Source of the DNA: an uncultured Chloroflexia bacterium
Lineage (GTDB): Bacteria > Chloroflexota > UBA6077 > JACCZL01
Length of the DNA stretch: 64,000 bases
Direction: 5' to 3'
NCBI GenBank assembly: GCA_963765765.1
Contig: CAVXYC010000007.1
Location: 1 to 64,000 of the forward strand
Of this stretch, positions 62,736-64,000 are shown piece after piece. The translations under genes and the position numbers were made by a program. The notes below the pieces were generated by a model, which saw only the letters and a program-made list of their open reading frames with translations, ran no database searches and was not told where the DNA came from. Position 1 is the stretch's first letter, and the number at the start of each line of letters is the position of its first letter.

Positions 62736-64000
62736 TTGTTTGACCTGCTCATCTCCAACGGCGCCCTGGTCACACCGTCCGGCCGCGTTACGGCACAGAT
62801 CGGCATCCTGAACGGGCAGATCGCGGCAATCGGCTGCGATCTGGGCGAGGCCAACGAGAACGTCGACGCGAACGGGCTGATCGTTTTCCCCGGCCTCATC
62901 GATATTCACGTGCATTTCCGTGAGCCGGGCCACACTTATAAGGAAGACTTCGAGTCAGGAACGAGAGCCGCCGCGGTCGGTGGCGTGACAACCGTGCTGG
63001 ACATGCCCAACAACGCCACGGCGATCAGCACTGCCGAGCTGTTTCGGGCGAAGCGGGACGTGGTAGCTCCAAAAGCATTAGTTGACTTCGGACTCTACGG
63101 AATCATTCTCCAGGGAAACGCTGCTGAGCTGAAGCCAATGGCCCAGGAAGGCGCGATTGGGTTCAAGCTCTACATGGGCGAGACGACTGGCCACAATCCT
63201 TGTCCCGACGATGGTGCGATCTTCAACGCCTTTCGGATCGCCGCGACGCTCGGGGTGTTCGTCGGCATTCACGCCGAGAACAATCCGGTGATGCAGATCC
63301 TCAAGCGGGAGCTACGTGAAAGCGGGCGCACGGATCCCCGCGCTCATCTCGACTCGCGCCCGCCGTTCATCGAAGCGGAGGCGATCAGCCGCGCGGCTTA
63401 TCTTGCAGAGGCAGCCGGGAATAAGCTGCACGTACACCACCTCTCCACGCGTGATGGGTTGCAAGCGGCACTTTCGGCGCGCGCACGCGGCGTTCCACTG
63501 ACGATAGAGGCGCTGGTCGGCCATTTGCTCCTGGATGACACGGCCTACGACCGGCTTGGCAACCTGGTGGAGATCAATCCGCCCATCCGCGAGCGGGAGC
63601 ACGCCGAGGCGCTCTGGCAAGCGCTGGCTCGCGGCCAGATCGATTGCCTGGCGACAGATCATGCACCGCACGCCGCCGATGAGAAAGCCCGAGAAAACGT
63701 CTGGGAGTGTCCTGGCGGTTTCATCGGTGTGGAGACAATGCTGCCGTTGTTGCTTACACAAGTCGCATCCGGTCGCTTAACGATGGAGCAGCTCGTTTCC
63801 TTAGCCAGCGAGCGGCCAGCGAAGCTCATGGGGCTCTATCCCCGCAAGGGAACTCTGATTATTGGCGCTGATGCGGACATCGTCCTTGTTGATCCGGAGC
63901 AGCGCTGGACGCTAGATGCTTCGAGGCTGCATTCCAAGCACCCGATCTCGCCATTCGATGGCTGGGAGATTGTCGGCCGTCCGGTCGCTACGTATTTGCG
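62736..64000 (+). CDS. Dihydroorotase/allantoinase family amidohydrolase (partial, runs off the window)
   Basis: PGLIDIHVHFREPG, GGVTTVLDMPN, IHAEN, INPPIR and ATDHAPH. Confidence 0.9.
   Translation, partial: MFDLLISNGALVTPSGRVTAQIGILNGQIAAIGCDLGEANENVDANGLIVFPGLIDIHVHFREPGHTYKEDFESGTRAAAVGGVTTVLDMPNNATAISTAELFRAKRDVVAPKALVDFGLYGIILQGNAAELKPMAQEGAIGFKLYMGETTGHNPCPDDGAIFNAFRIAATLGVFVGIHAENNPVMQILKRELRESGRTDPRAHLDSRPPFIEAEAISRAAYLAEAAGNKLHVHHLSTRDGLQAALSARARGVPLTIEALVGHLLLDDTAYDRLGNLVEINPPIREREHAEALWQALARGQIDCLATDHAPHAADEKARENVWECPGGFIGVETMLPLLLTQVASGRLTMEQLVSLASERPAKLMGLYPRKGTLIIGADADIVLVDPEQRWTLDASRLHSKHPISPFDGWEIVGRPVATYL

Noticed and set aside
429-63780. Many long antisense or alternative-frame ORFs in the track (e.g. 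429-1397, 39780-40616, 48750-49463)
   Set aside because: Shadow ORFs of real genes, expected at high GC, with no motifs of their own.

Overview
GC-rich bacterial window, most likely Chloroflexota (inferred from the DnaN termini and gene content). Many conserved genes carry single-base indels, often in homopolymers, which points to uncorrected long-read errors rather than true pseudogenes. The host backbone holds dnaN, envelope GT-C glycosyltransferases, a phosphate cluster (DUF47-pit-phoP-phoR ... phoX), ftsH, a glutamate-type ABC operon and a dihydroorotase-family gene. Two accessory islands interrupt it. Island 1 (about 1-13,340) appears integrated in the 3' end of dnaN by a large serine recombinase that survives only as a C-terminal remnant, and candidate attL/attR sites can be rebuilt by eye. 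Island 2 (about 35,900-45,230) lies between phoR and phoX and carries an arsenic operon and a probable selenocysteine glutaredoxin. The most striking signal is that both islands are subdivided by at least nine copies of a dif-like palindrome, GTTCCGATAA-N6-TTATCGGAAC. These sit at gene boundaries, I found none in the backbone, they bracket a near-duplicate orphan ABC solute-binding-protein cassette in each island, and both arrays end in the same terminal architecture. This suggests an integron-like or pdif-like gene-cassette system with no recombinase encoded in the window.
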